Of a stretch of 64,000 nucleotides of DNA, positions 1 to 54,280 are shown piece after piece. Source of the DNA: the human T2T-CHM13v2.0 reference genome, Homo sapiens; assembly GCF_009914755.1 (NCBI RefSeq), contig NC_060934.1, one strand, 5' to 3'. The translations under genes and the position numbers were made by a program. Each line of letters starts with the position of its first letter. Within the stretch, counting starts at the first letter, position 1. The notes beneath the pieces were generated by a model, which ran no database searches, had not been told where the DNA came from, and was given only the letters and a program-made list of their open reading frames with translations.

Positions 1-40
1 TTTAACAGTCAATGTCTTTCCAGGTCAACCACCTTTTTAA

Positions 41-34120
<34,080 letters not shown>

Positions 34121-34467
34121 GGCACCAAACACCCAAGATTAACAGGCTTTTGTTGCTGAACTGGACATATACATTGAGTCTTTTCTTGCGGTCAAAGGAG
34201 TTGAATTCTTGCTGATCAACTAAAGTTGATTGTGTTTGACACCAGGGAGCTTGTCTTTTGAGTGAGCTGGATTTATACTGCACCTGCCACGACACAGTGC
34301 CCTGGTGCCGTCGGGATGCCAGGCATGGATGCATTCCACTCCCAACAGCCCCGAATTCATCTGTCATCAAGGGCTGGGACACATGAGGTCTTAGGCCAAA
34401 TTCTCCATTTAAAAAGCTCAAAAAGTGTTTGAAATATGAATTCAATACTGTGTATCCCTGCCTAGCT

Positions 34468-34788
34468 TTTTGTTGTTGTTATTGTTGTTGTTGTTATTGT
34501 TTGAGACAGAGTCTCGCTCTGTCGCCCAGGCCCAGGCTGGGTGCAATGGTGTGATCTCAACTCACGGCAAACTCCACGTTCTGGGTTCAAGTGATTCTCC
34601 TGCCTCAGCCTCCCGAGTAGTTGGGATTACAGGAGCCTGCCACCATGCCTGGCTAATTTTTGTATTTTTAGTAAAAATGGGGTTTCACCATGTTGGTCAG
34701 GCTGGTCTCAAATTCCTGACCTCAGGTGATCCACCCACCTCGGCCTCCCAAAGTGTTGGGATTACAGGCGTGAGCCACAGCACCCGGC
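34468..34788 (-). mobile_element. Alu with (TTG)n tail
   Basis: Reverse Alu consensus. Confidence 0.92.
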
Positions 34789-37700
34789 CCCTCCCTAGCT
34801 TTTTGAAAGGAAAAATACTTGCATATCTCACTTCCTGTACTCATCTTCTTGTCCCTGGTTTCCATTTTTTGGCTACTCAAATTCTGAATGTGTCCCAGAA
34901 GGCAGTGAGGCCCTTTCTGGAAATGCTAATTATCTTCCCAGATACCCCACACCATCCCCAAGACCAGGCAAATTTCAGGGAATCCTCCTCATTTCACGAG
35001 AAAAGGTAAACTTCCCTCCTTAATCATTTGTCCCCATAGAAGAAACCACAGCCCCAACAGAGATGAGTGTCAACAGGCAGTGTCCCACCGCCCACTGTGG
35101 CACATGGTGGCTGCATGACTGCCCAAGGTGCCACCCACACAGGCCATGGGCACCCCACATGGGGCTCCTGAGCAAGTCAGGAGAGGGGAGCTATGGCTGA
35201 GGTTGTCCAGTCATCCCTAATCCATCTTTGAGAGTAAATAAACGGCTCTCCACCTCCCCCATCTACTGGAATGCAATATTGATGCTTTTCCACAGAAATT
35301 CTGAAAGACAAGTACAAGTTAAAAATATACCAGATTTGGATTTTAAACAGTATTGACTAATTTGACAGTGATAACCACACTGTCCCCCCTCCCATGTTTG
35401 TTTGTTCGTTTCTTTGTTTTAAGGCTTCAACGCAATGTCTTGCCTCTGTGTGTAGGGCTTTGGGGGGCTTTCTCTAGGTCACATGACTTTAACCTTCAGT
35501 GCCATCATCCTGAGGAGTTACTTTTTCTTGTCCCCCTTCTCCGTCTTGCACCCTCCTGTCCTGCTGCAGCCTGGACTCTGCATCTGGGTCCTGCCAGCTG
35601 CCATGATGGGAAGCCTGCCTCTCCCACCCTTCCCCAGCCTCTCCCCTCTGTGTCTGCACATCTATCTCCCAAGCTGGTTATGAGAGGCTCTTCCAGGCAC
35701 ACAATGCCTTGCACAAGGCATCCAGAGAAATGAGCCAGGTCAATGTTGAGGAAATGGAAGAGGATGCTAGAGCCCCTGGGGGTGGACGGGACCTAGTCAT
35801 TTGGTTTTTCCCCATTTGGAGGCTCATTCCCTGAGCAACTGTGGGTACTCGAGAACATGCTGCCCCTCCACACTTCACTTCTCAACGTTCTTCCTGGAAT
35901 GGGAGGCCTGGCTTCATCAATTTGTTGTCTTGCTTTGTTTTTTAGAGAGTTTTTGTTTCACAAAACAAAACACCTCTGGTCCTGTAAATACAGAGATTTG
36001 CACAAAGAACTGAGCGTTCCCACTTCATTGCTAGACAGGTGGAGATATTTATGACAAGGGCACCTGGTGCCTGGTGAGCAGGTGCATGGCCTGTGTGCAG
36101 CGCAATGAGACAGGGTCCAGAGAGGTAGGATGCATGCCCGCAGGTGTGGAAGGGATAGCCAGCCAGACAGTGCACCCTCTGGCTCTAGACTGTCTGGCCC
36201 AGCTGCCTAATGCCTACAGCCACATACAAATGTGCCCAGGGCAGCCAAGGCAACTTTACAAGGTGCCTGGGACTGTGTATCTCTCAAGACTAAGGGAGAA
36301 AATGTTCACTGTATTCATGACACCAGGAAAAGTGTGGGAAAGCTTTCATTAGGCAGAAAGGGAGTTGAAATAACCTGAAAGTGTACAGAGACTTTATTTC
36401 TTCTGTGTTACCCATGTGGAAACATGAAGATGTTGCTTCCCGTCCCTGCAACTCTGAGACCCCATAGGAAGAAATGTATGTGCAATTTCATGAAGAGCTT
36501 TATGTGATCCTGGGGAAATCAACATACTTGTTTGTTAAGGGGGATTGAGAGCCTTTGGAGTTTAGCCAATATGAACTCAAGCTAGGGCCTGTCATCCTTC
36601 CTCATCCCTCAAGGGAGGAAGTCATATATTAAGAAGGTGAGCTCAGAAGTCATCACAGAGGAGGACTCCACTGCCCTGGCCACCCACAGGGACCCTCACA
36701 GGCTTTCTGTGTTGGACAGTGATAGCAGAAATAGCTCTAGTGTCATATGGTCCTTTCTCCCTTCTTGCTTTTGTAGGAATCCAAAGCTAATCTGTCCCTG
36801 ATCCGGATTGCACGCACCTGTGCCTTTTGGGGCCTTTCTGCATTAGTTCTTCCTTCTCTTCTAACCTCAAAAATGTGTTTTCTCTGTTGGCTCTTTCCCT
36901 TTAACATAGAAGTATACTCACGCTTTTGTTGAATCTTGAAATAAAAGGCTTCCTTTACCACATATCTCCCTTTAATACTACATCTCTCTTCTCAGCCAAA
37001 TACTTGGGAAGAGAAGCCCTGAGTTTGTGTCATTGTTTTCTCACCTCCAGTTCACTACTTTGCCCACTGCCTGACATCCAGCTCGCTCACACACACACCC
37101 AAGCCCAATCACTAAGTTGCCATAGCTAATTTGTAGCTTTCCTGCCTTCCTGGCAAAATTTGACTCTGCATTGGGATAATACATGTCGAGTACCTATTGA
37201 ACAGGCACTGTGCTAGGTGCTACTGTTATAGATATGAAAAGAAGGCATCATCTCCTTTCTAACAACTCACAGGAGCAGCCATTTCTGATTCATACATGTC
37301 TCTTGACTCCCAGTGCTCACTTTTGCAAGCTTCACTTAATGCCGTGCAAATCACCCTATTCTCCAGGTCTTCTTTCTTCCCAGTTCTCCTTACTATACAC
37401 AGCTTCTCAAGGCAGTCACCTCCACACCCATGGCTTCAATTGCTTTCTCCATTCTCTGAGAACAATAGAATTTTAAATGGTTTTATTTCATGTATTAGCT
37501 TTATTTTATACAAGGTGCCTCACCTGCTGTAACCATAGATTCAAAGTTGCTCCATGAAAGTAATAAATGAAAAATGGTGATTTTTTAGCATGTAAATTTT
37601 AGGAAATTTCCCCAGTTACGCTTAATGGCTTGATTTAGTGTGTATGTTATTTTTGAAAACATATGTTGGGATGTCACAAATGGACTTAGCCTACAGAGAT

Positions 37701-38357
37701 TTATATTCAACTTTTGACCAGAGAGTTCCATTTTAATGTGACACTGAGAGTAAAAAACTATCTTTTCCTCCTTACCTATTTCTCTTCCTACATTCTCGGC
37801 CAGGAGGAAGGCACTGCTACATACCCAGTCTTCCCCAGCAGAGCCTGAGCAGCTCTGTTTTCCTTCTACTTCCCCTCTTCTTTCACATCTCATGACCAAG
37901 CACTTCCTATTCTGTCTCCCAAATGATCACAGACTTTTTCCTCCACTTTTGTCACTGCCACTGCCCTTAGCATTACTCTGCCTTTAGAGAAAGTCTCTTA
38001 ATTGGTTGGGTTGCTTCCTTCAGTCTTTATTATACAGACCACTACACGCACATCTGACAGAGACTTTTCACCTTTTTATGGTTGAATGACTGAAATTCCC
38101 AGAATAAAATTAAAACCACCCCAGCATCAAATTTGAGGTCAAATAGAGGTGGGTTTGTATCCCAGGTTCATATACTGTCCAGCAGTATGGTCTCAGAAAA
38201 CTGACCTCCTTAAGCCTTTGTTTGTGTATCTGCCTACACTCATTGAGAGTTGGGACTATTTCACACATATAGTGCCTGGCATGTAGAAGGGACTTAATCA
38301 ATGTTGAAAGAAGGGGAGGCATTTTAAAATCCACATCAAAAAAATGTTGTTCTGTTC

Positions 38358-38994
<637 letters not shown>

Positions 38995-39094
38995 TCATTT
39001 ATCAATTGTATTTCTATACATCTACAAGACACAATCTGAAAATGAAATTAGAGAAACAATTTCACTGGGCAACAAGAGCAAAACTTCATCTCAA

Positions 39095-39095
<1 letters not shown>

Positions 39096-39142
<47 letters not shown>
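39096..39142. repeat. (AAT)n microsatellite, tail of an Alu fragment
   Basis: aataataat... preceded by ctgggcaacaagagcaaaact. Confidence 0.9.
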
Positions 39143-39144
<2 letters not shown>

Positions 39145-39189
39145 TACAATGTCATTTCCCATCCAAGCCTGACTTCTACCTTTACTTTC

Positions 39190-39914
39190 TGATATGGTTT
39201 TGCCATGCCCCCACCCAAATCTCATCATGAATTATAATCCCCATAATCCCGATGTGTCGAGGGAGGGGCCTAGGGGGAGGTGATTGGATCACAGGGGCAG
39301 TTATCCTCATGCTGTTCTTGTGATATTCAGTAAGTCCTCATGAGATCTTATAGGGTTTTGTTTTGTTTTGTTTCTTGGGATGGAGTCTTGCTCTGTTGTC
39401 CAGGCAGGAGTGCCATGGCACGATCTTGGCTCACTGCAGTCTCTGCCTCTTGAGTTCCAGTGATTCTCCTGCCTCAGCCTCCTGAGTAGCTGGGATTACA
39501 GGCATGCACCACCACACCCAGCTAATTTTTGTATTTTTAGTAGAGACAGGATTTCACTACATTAGCTAGGCTGGTCTCAAACTCCTGACCTCAGTTGATC
39601 CACCTGCCTTGGCCTCCCAAAGTACTAGGGTTACAAGTGTGAGCCACCGTGCCCAGCTGAGATCTGATGGTTTTATACATGTTTGACAGTTGCTCCTTCA
39701 CATGTTCCCACTCTCTGTGCGGCCACCATGTAAGTCGGACCTGCCCTTCTGCCATGATTGTAACTTTCCTGAAGGACTTCCCCCTCTGCCATGATTGTTA
39801 AGTTTCCTGAGGCCTCCCCAGCCATGTGAAACTGAGTCAATTAAACCTCTTTCCTTTAAAAATTACCCAACCTCAGGTATTTCTTTATATCAGTGTGAAA
39901 ACAGACTGCTATAC
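39190..39914 (+). mobile_element. THE1/MST-type MaLR LTR interrupted by a minus-strand Alu (~39370-39657)
   Basis: TGATATGGTTT...cccacccaaatctcatc..gaatt.taatcccc start; gagtcaattaaacctctttccttta..aattaccca near end. Confidence 0.8.
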
Positions 39915-41081
39915 TTTCTGATACTCATGCTTAAGCAATTGGGGAATTCAGACTACCTGGGATCAAACTATGGCCCCACCCTTAGCAGTCATGTGACCTT
40001 GGGGGGGGGGGGTTACTTACCTTCTCCGTCTCAACAACTTCTGTAAAATCTGTAACATGAGATTGTTTCTGAGGGTTAAATGAGCATAGCACAGTGGGGA
40101 CACTGTCAGGCACACACTACTTGCCAGATGTCGAGTATTCATCTTTATTGAACTAGGACTGTGGTAAGCCACTTTATGGCTCTCGATTTTGTATGAGAAA
40201 ATCATGCTTAGTGCCTTGTTAGTAAAAGAAAGAAAATCTGAAAGTCCCTGCCACAGAAGGAAGAAACAGCGGGGAGAAAAGGGAGTTGGTAAGTTTCAGC
40301 ATTTCAGAGCTTGGAGGGGCAAGTTAGGTTTCTATTTTATGGAGAAGGAGGTGGAGGCAGGATGGGTCCTAAGGTGTCATTCAAAACACACAGCCATAAC
40401 TCTTTATTGAGAGTAGAGCTAGGGCCCCAGGGATTGCTGTGGTCAAGTTGCGGACAAAAATGACCACTCGTTGGAAGACAGGAGAGGAGTGTTTAGTTAC
40501 AAAAGCAGTCAACAATTCAGGTGTATCTATATTCAGACAGCAAATAAAAGTTGTTCAACTTGGTTGCTAATGGGACCCACTCTACTGAGGCTTTGTGTAG
40601 AACTCGTAGAGGAAGCTGGCTTCGAGGAATGAACTACCCTGTGCTTTTCTTAGGACTAAAATCTCAGGAAGCTGGTGATGAATGAAAACCTTAGTCCCAC
40701 TGGCACTGCACGAGGGGCCAGGAGAGCAGCAGCATCATAAGCCACAGGGTGGGGCAGCCAAGGCAGGGGCATTCTGAGCTGTTGGGGAGGGGTGGCAGGC
40801 AGGGTGGGGCACTGTGAGCTGTCGGGGAGGGCATTGTGAAGTGTGGGGTGGGGCATTGTGTGCCACATGCCTGGGCTCCCACCTGGGGCCAGTGGGCTTC
40901 AGTCTGTAGGTGACTACAGAAGGAGGAGGAGCTCCGTCTGTTCTCTCTTCAGGCAGTTGTTGTGTCTCTCAGCGCTTGTTGGGTTCACAACCTAATAAAT
41001 AAGCCGGCTGGTCTTCACCCTCCCAGACAAGTCAACTCAGGGGAGGCAGCAGGGTGCGGGCCTTGGCCCGCAGCCCTAGCC

Positions 41082-41105
41082 GGGGCCGGGGCCGGGGCCG
41101 GGGCC
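41082..41105 (+). repeat. (GGGGCC)4 hexanucleotide repeat upstream of the AGAP-family ATG
   Basis: Four perfect units, then agggct. Confidence 0.9.
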
Positions 41106-41251
41106 AGGGCTGGTGCCTGGGGCCGCACTGTGAGGTGGGCAGGCGAGGAGCGGGAAGACCATCTCTGCAAGTGCAGCATAGCCTCGGCCTAGGACAGCGG
41201 GAGTGCGTGGCCAAAGCTGTGAGCAGAGGCACAGGTGGTGGCAGACAGTAG

Positions 41252-41551
<300 letters not shown>

Positions 41552-41852
41552 TGAGGCATCCCCCACTTCGAGCTCCTTTCTGCTTGTAGCCAGCTTTCCC
41601 GGGGGCTGGCCAGGAACAAAAGCTGGCTCTGCCTTGAATTCCCACCCCTTAGTCTTTCCCCACCGAGTCCAGTCAGTTTCTTTTCGCCTCCCCTCCCAAT
41701 CGCCCAGTTCTTGCTCTCTCACCTCATTCTCCCAGGCTGGCATGGGACCATTTATTTATGGCTCTTGTCGAATAAGCAGCAGTTGAATAAATGAGTTGAT
41801 AAATTTTTATAAATGATTACGTCCTTTTTCTTTTCTCCCTCTATACATATAG

Positions 41853-41921
41853 CTTTGGAGTTTAACCTTTCTGCCAATCCAGAGGCAAGCACAATATTAC
41901 AGAGGAACTCTCAAACAGATG
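41853..41921 (+). CDS. AGAP-family exon 2a ([23 protein letters not shown])
   Basis: atatag acceptor, G|gtgaga donor, 69 bp, symmetric phase 1. Confidence 0.8.
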
Positions 41922-42701
41922 GTGAGACAACAGTGTCTGTAGCTCTGTTTATTATCCTGTGGGACTTTGTTTAGGCCTCTTTGAGCTATTCTCTTCCTTT
42001 TCTCAATAAAAACTCAAATATCCCAACTTTTCAGTACCCATCTTAATTTTTCTTTGAACCTATCCAGATGGTACCTAAGTGAAGGAACCAGGTAAGTGCC
42101 TAATTGTTTCCTTTGTTAAAGTAGCCAAATCTCAGGACAGTTCCTATTCAAATATTTGGGGATTTCTTATTTAAAATCAGAATGGAGTTTGCCACGGGAG
42201 AGGCTATATGGTATTCTTAATGGGCTGCTTTAAGTCACCTTGATAGAAGCTGCTTAGTTTCTTCTAACTGTAATTTGAACACAGAAGGAAAAAGAAAAAA
42301 GGAGAGTGCTTAAAATAATTGTGAAAGGTGTAAAATGTCACAGCCGGGGCTGCAGAAAAATGGTTGTGTGTGTGTGTTTGGGGTTTCTCAAAGGAGTTTA
42401 CCTATGAGGCTCTGATTACTTTAAAATTCTTACTTTAACAGAAAATGTGTCTCCAGATTTATTCTGGTGACTTAACAGACTTTATTTACCTCCTTGTTCT
42501 AAAAGGGAGGTGGGGATTGGTTCACGGTCAAAACTTTCAAAAGACATGAAACGTCAATGTAGACTTTTAATGTGTAATATAAAGATTGCAGGTTAAAATG
42601 TCAGACCTTCCCTGTAAGAGTGTTTGTTGCCGTGGCTCCCCCTTTGTCCCTTCCCCTCCTGACAATAGCATCTTGTTCAAAGATAAGAAAGTTACAGTTT
42701 T

Positions 42702-43021
<320 letters not shown>

Positions 43022-43924
43022 TTAGTCTCTACACTGTCGGCAGAGGCAGGGGATGGGAGCCGGTAGAAAAGAGAAAACAATTAGTTGGTTTGCCTCTAAA
43101 ATTTTGCAAAGAGATGAATCTAAGTAAAAGTAATTCTGGGTAGTAATATGGTTCTTGAATAAAAACTGAAATTTTCAAAATAGAAAACATTGCATCATAA
43201 ACATATTAAATCCAGTAGGCTTATTGGTTTCATTTAAATGCCAGAGATTTCATTACTGTAGAGGAAATGTCTTATAGCTCTTCTATTTAAACTTTGGTCG
43301 GGCTCTTAATTTTTAAAGAGGTAGGATAATTAAGACTCATTATGAGTGTGACTTTGTAACTTGGAAGTACTATCTTCACATTTCAAGGTATTTAAGGATT
43401 GCTTTAGAATAAACAAATGCATTATGTGAATTAATTGATTGTACCTTTATACACAAAGCATGTAAGTACTTGTGTAAACTTATACTCTGCTTGGTGATGT
43501 TCGGAAAGCCTGATGGATGTTACACACCAGTTAGTAGATGGGTAGTGTTGGATGAGAGCCCAAAAATGGCTCTTTATTGTCATTCTTTAGGATTACAGCA
43601 CAGTTTATGTATGTCTCACTTGGCCCTTTCCAATACAAATAAGGCCTGTGTATGTTCTCCCTATGTATTGCTAATGAAGAAATGAAAACTTAGAGATATC
43701 ACATGACTATGGAAGACAGCTACTCAAGAGAACTAAGGTTCTGTGTCCTCAGAATGAAATGGAAGTGACAGATATGATGAATTTACTTTTTAAAAATTTT
43801 AAAAACTCTAGAATACAACTTATATTTTGCCTATAAAATAGACTGTCTTTTAAAACTTACTGCCATCTTGATTTATTTTATGCAAAGTTGATTTTACACA
43901 ACTCAAAGCCAAAATTTACCTCTT

Positions 43925-43957
<33 letters not shown>

Positions 43958-44187
43958 AAAGGAGGGTGTCATTGTGTTACTCATGCTGGCCTCAACTTCC
44001 TGACCTGGGTTCAAGTGATTTTCCCATCTCAGCCTCCTGAGTAGCTGGAACTACAAGCATGTGCCATCTTGCCTGGCTCTATCTTATGTCTATACATTCA
44101 TTTCAATGGATAAGAATCAAAGTAGAGATAGTGAAATAGCCTAAATGCAGCAGTCGAATAAACGAGTTGATAAATTTTTATCAATGA

Positions 44188-44343
<156 letters not shown>

Positions 44344-45084
44344 TGATCAGGTTATAGAAAGTATTTAGAAAAACTCATATTGGTTTAAATTTTTCACCTT
44401 TTCACATGTTCACTTGTCTTATTTTAATATGTGATATACTTTCCTTTAGTTGTTATGATGTTAGTGAAAACGTGTAACCTTTTTGTTTATACATTTTGCC
44501 ATCTTTTTATCAACACAATTAATTTGTCATGTGTTGGAGGAGTCATGGATTTGTCTTTATAATTCTTGGATTTATCTTTATTTATAATTAATGGATTTAT
44601 CTTTATTTATAATCCCTTTTCCCTTGCTCCAAAAAGTACACTTTAAAGATGAATGATAGAACTTAGGCTTCAGCTTGGTTTTCATTTAAACAAATTAAAA
44701 AACATAGTCGTTTATCATCAGGGATTGAATCTGTGATTTGGGCCTCCTCTTACACAGTCCTCTGACCACATTCATTTACCACATCCAAGTTTACGCTACT
44801 CAAAAGTTTTAGGTTATTAACTTTTTCATTTGATATAATGTAAATTTAAACATGCCTTACTCCTGCTTATTTCCCTTAATGTTATATTAAATCCTCATTT
44901 ATTTGCCAACAAGCCATACACAGCCAAGTTTTCCAGTTGACTTAAACAGCAAGAACACAAGTGAGGGTTCTATAATAATGTGCGAAGTAATGCAGCACAG
45001 TAAAACACGGGAGTTTGTAACCTTTGTTTTTATAGTTTGAGTAGACTTTGCCCATCTTGAGTCAGTTATTTCTGGTTAGAATTT

Positions 45085-45797
<713 letters not shown>

Positions 45798-46088
45798 GAA
45801 TTGTATTTCCCAGTTCCTTCCAGAGCCATGGGCTTCTCACACCTAGAGAGCATGGAAGCAGTAAAAGAAAAGCTATTCCATGTCCCTCACTCTTCGGTGG
45901 TAGGAACTTTTGCCTACAAGGCCCTTCCAGCATCAAAGGCAGAGGCAGTGTAGGAAACAAAGCATGGCCCAAGTCCCTCTTGGGGCTTTTATTATTCTGG
46001 CCTCTTTTTAGAGGAAAAAAAATGATTTTTTGAGCTGCAGACACCATGTCCAATTAGGTTTGTATACTCATTTTAACATCAAAATTTA

Positions 46089-46385
<297 letters not shown>

Positions 46386-46942
46386 TTAAGCTACGTTACT
46401 TTCCAGTTGTGTAAAGACCGTTTTTTAATTTTGATTTGTTTTTAGTGACATATTAGTAGATAACCACTAAGTGTGGTTCAAGATGCTTACAGGGATTCTG
46501 TTGCATCTAGAGATAGGTGTCTGGTCAGGAAGTAGTTCTTAGAGCTGTTAGCTCTTAGAGTCTGATAATTAAAGTAAGCTATGTGTAAATGCAGAATGAG
46601 AGAATACTAATGGATCATGGCTCATATATGCAACAGTTAAACTTTTTATTAGCTAAATTTTTCATCTGGCCTAATTTTTTTACCCTTTTCTTTTGTACAT
46701 GAGGATTCTTTCATTTGTATGTAATAGAAACAAAAAGTAAACTAAATGAAAAACTAAGTTTTTAGATTTGACTTATGAAATTAATCATGCCAGATAATTT
46801 AAATTATAAATTATTGAAAATTATTTTTTTAAATGGAATTTTGTCTCATTTTACATAGGAGTAATCAGTAAGATGTTAACAACTACTTTTATTTTATGGT
46901 ATTTGTATCAGAAGTGACCAGTTTTTTTTTTTTTATTCTTAG

Positions 46943-46977
46943 TTGTAGAAATAAGAAGAAGCAACTGTACAAACCAT
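46943..46977 (+). CDS. AGAP-family exon (VEIRRSNCTNH)
   Basis: poly-T + cttag acceptor, CAT|gtaagt donor, 35 bp. Confidence 0.82.
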
Positions 46978-47228
46978 GTAAGTAAACACTCAAATAGTTA
47001 AGAAATTGATAGTTTGACATAAAAGGATGTCTCTCTTGATTTCTTTAAATTACAATGTGGACCTGGTGGTGGTAGCATGGACCTCTTTTTGTGGATTTTC
47101 TAAATCTCTTCTATTTTCCTGAGTATTAAATTTATCCAGAAAAGTGTTTAGCTTAGCGTGTCCACCTTTTAAAGATTTCTGACATTTAAGTTAAATTTCA
47201 ATAGTCTGGTTCAAAAGATCCGCCTTAA

Positions 47229-47532
<304 letters not shown>

Positions 47533-50167
47533 GTGCCTTAAATATTTAATCTTATTTTTAATGAAAGAACAAAAATAGAATAGTTAAGTTAATTGCCAGC
47601 ACTGTCTATTGACTTTCTATCACAGCAGGTAAAAGCGTTCCTTCCCCGCTACACCATGATCTTATGTTTCTCCCTGTGTTTCTTCCAATTGTAGCACACT
47701 TTTTAATTAAATCAGTAATATTTACATGATTATGACTCTGCAAATATTATTCACTGCTAAGTCATATGGTGTTTTCACTGTGCCTCTGCATTCCATGTCC
47801 TTCATCCTGTCTCTGAAACAGTTCTGAAATCTGAGCACTTCTGCAATTCTCCTGGATCTTCTTTTTTCCTAGCCTACGTTAGTTTATCTATCCAAATATC
47901 GTTAAGTAGCCTCTGGGTGCTCTGTTTGCTTTCACATCCATTATTTTTTAGCATGAAGCTAATTTTCTGACTATATTCATTTGCCTATTTTCTAACAGCT
48001 GTTTTTCCCCCAAGTATTGTAGCATTTATCACATGCCTTTCAAAGACATTTTCCATCTGCAAAAACACATCTGTTCCTTTTTATGTGTGTGTGGGGGGCA
48101 ACTTTCTTTGGCCTTTTGTCATCCTAGTTCAATATAGCGTGGGTTTCCCTAGATATGCTCGATGTCTGCTTTTCTGGGCTAACTCCTTAAAGTCTTTTGG
48201 GATCTCACGTAACTGCTGTCTTGTGTGGGATCGCCTGAGTCCTAGATTCTGTGTTTCCTTCTGTCCTGTTATCGTCTCTAGTTGTACTTGAACACATTTT
48301 CCTGGGTGGAGATGTTAAAATCCCTCCTCTTTGATAGAGAGTACACCTCTAGGTTGAATCTAAATTGTATGGTTCTGAAGACATTTTGCAGTTGTGCTCT
48401 TATTACAGTGTTGTTCTTGAATCTATTGCCAGTGTGTGATATGTTATTTACAACCAGGTTTTAGTTATCTGCGGAAGCTTTTTAGAATCTCTCTCTCTAA
48501 GGTTCTGAAATTTTATAACAGCTTGTTGGGGATCTTTTCATTTTATTGAGGCTACTAAACCTGCAGACTATCTCTTCTTGAGAATTTTTTTTTTATTTTC
48601 TCTGTTACTTTTTTACTGATAGTCTTGTTATTCAGATGCTAGGCTGCTTAGACCAGTACACCTGCATTGATTTTTAATTTTTCCCCTTCTATTTTTTTCA
48701 GTTTGTCTTTTTATTCTAGTTCTGGGATATTCTGTGACTTTATCCTCTACTATTTCTATTGAATTTTGTATTTTTTGAGAGTGTTTTAAGATTTTTTTTT
48801 AAAGTTTTGCTCCTGATTTTGACTGGTCCTATCAATTCCTTTTTTCTATTGTTTTGATCTCTTTCCTTGGAGGCTTCCCTCCAATGTGTGGTGGTCCCTG
48901 GCCTGCTTTATTTGGAAGCAGGATTTCTGTTAACTGATAGCACTCAGTGTGAGGCCTTAGAAGCCTGACTAGCTTTTCATTTGGGAGACCTCAGTGTATT
49001 ATCTGGGGATCTTTATTGAAGACATTTCAGTTTCTTCTGAGAAGGATCTCCCAATTTTCTGCCTGGAAAGTAAAAGCAGGCCTGGAAAGGAAAAGCAGAG
49101 TTAGCAAAGACAGTTGGAGTTCCATTTTTGGTGTACAGTTTTCTTTATATCTCAGGTTTAAGCCATAGTATCTCTGAGCCAGAAATTCTCAGGTTTGATA
49201 TATCCAGAGAACACACATCTAAGTTTCTTGTCAGATGGAAGGACAGGTGGACTTTGGGCTCTAGTTAGAGATTTGCAACTGACCTTGCTGGCTTTTTTTT
49301 TTTTTTACATTTTACCCTACTTTCCAAAGTGCCATTTGCCTGTAAGTTCACAACCTGCCTTTAGTTCTGCAAGACAAACTGGCTCGCTTCTGTTCCAGTC
49401 ACTTTCTGTAGTCAGCAAAGTTGTGTTTCTGTGTTATTTACCACTCCTTTGTCTACTTTTTATGTCTCAGCATTTACTAAAAATTATCTCTGTCAACCTT
49501 CTGTGCTGGTCATGGGTGTAACCTTTATTTTATGACTAATGAGGCTTCCAGAGGGAGACGAAATAAATTTGTGGTCAATCTATTATATTTAATCCAAATT
49601 TAGGACCTATGTTTAAATCAAAGTCTAATTTGAGTATAATGATATTAAGCCAGAGAATTTTTTAAATTAATGTATCTATAATAAGCATATTACACTTTTC
49701 TCCTAAGGCCTTGTTTAATATTTTCATTCAAAGTTTATCCACTGCCATATGCTTCCCATTACTTCACAACATAAATGGAGCTGTTTTCCTGAATGCCCAA
49801 GGTGTTAGAAATATTTAAGTTAATTAAGATTTGTTCATTTTTAGCCTGGTCAACATAGCAAGACCTCATGTCTACAAAAAGGTTAAATAACAAATTAGCC
49901 AGGCCTGGTGGCATGCGCCTTTCGTATTACCTACTCAGGAGGCTGAGGCAGAGGATCACCTGAGCTCAGGAGTTTGAGGCTGCAGTTAACTATAATTGCA
50001 CCACTGCACTCCAGCCTGGGCAACAAAGGGAGACCCTGTCTCGGAAAAAGGAAAAAAGTTACTAATTCTTTAAAAACCTATCTAAAATTTGTCCTGCCCA
50101 AAAGGAGAGTGAAAAATATGAACTTTAGTCTTTGTTTTTTTTTTATGTTTGCTGAGAAAAATGCTGT

Positions 50168-52490
<2,323 letters not shown>

Positions 52491-53587
52491 AACTTTAGTA
52501 TTTTTAATGGGTTAAAATGAGAGGCAGCAGGTACAGCAGAAGTCAGTGCGTGGGCATACGCATCCAATGGGTACTGCACCTTTGATGGTAAGGCTTTGGT
52601 TTTGACTTACTAAATTACTAGGTACGATTATTTTCTAGTTTTTGTCATTAAACCTTAAAACTACTAAGTAACCCCTTCCATTTCTTGTTAAATATTGTAA
52701 AATTTCATACTCTCATTTATGCTGACTGACGTTAGATTGTTTGTTTCTATTTTGTGACTACCTTAAATAATACCTATAAAGAGTAAACTGTTAGTAGTGT
52801 TTTTGCTGTAATTAAATGTAGTAAGACTTACCTTCCAAATGATGACTGAATTGTCAAACACTTGTCGAAGTTTTGGATTTACTCAAAATTCTATGCTCAG
52901 CAGCTGGAGGTAGGAAGAGTAAGGGCCCTCCCTTACTCTTATGGAGAGGCATACTTTCTCATGAGGGGAATACTCTGCAGGAATTAGCATCTTGTAAGCA
53001 GTGGTGAATTCAACTAATTAGTGTATAAAAATACATTTTTTGGTGTGGCTGCCGACAAAGAGATCCAAGAGGGTAGATGGAGTCGAGCTTGCTGAAGCAA
53101 GGAAAGAGAAAAGCAGTATTCTAGGCAGAGAGCAGGGGTAGAGCAGGAAAATGGCTAGGTGCAGGTCAGATGATTTATAGAATGCAATTGATCAAGTTTT
53201 GAAGTGAATGCAAAGTATTCTCCGAGAGTCTCATTTGAGTCATGTCTTGGCAGTCTTATTTAAACATGAAGTGAAAGTTAGATTTTTTAAGTTGTCATTT
53301 GTTTTTAGGGTGTGAGAGAATATTTAAGTGATACTCTTTTTATCCTCCACATAAGAAAATAGGACTAGAGAAACCTATGGCTTCCTCACTTGTTGGTGGC
53401 CTAGCAGCCCTGGCACACAGAGCCCCTGAATCTGAAGCACTTCTTTTGTAACAATATCACCTGAAATAATACATTTAGGATTAGTAATTTAGTAAATGCA
53501 TTAGTCTTGTATTCACTGCAATAAAATGCTCTTGTAGCAGGATTATTTAATACACTACATTTTATCGTAGTAAATAAATAATAGAAG

Positions 53588-54280
<693 letters not shown>

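Noticed and set aside
34470-35009. Alu-containing ORFs here and at 45258, 53954, 58170, 59652 and others
   Set aside because: Standard Alu translation artefacts.
35237-35242. AATAAA as the ANTXRL poly(A) signal
   Set aside because: It lies 1.1 kb past the stop, beyond an Alu; usage cannot be supported from sequence alone.
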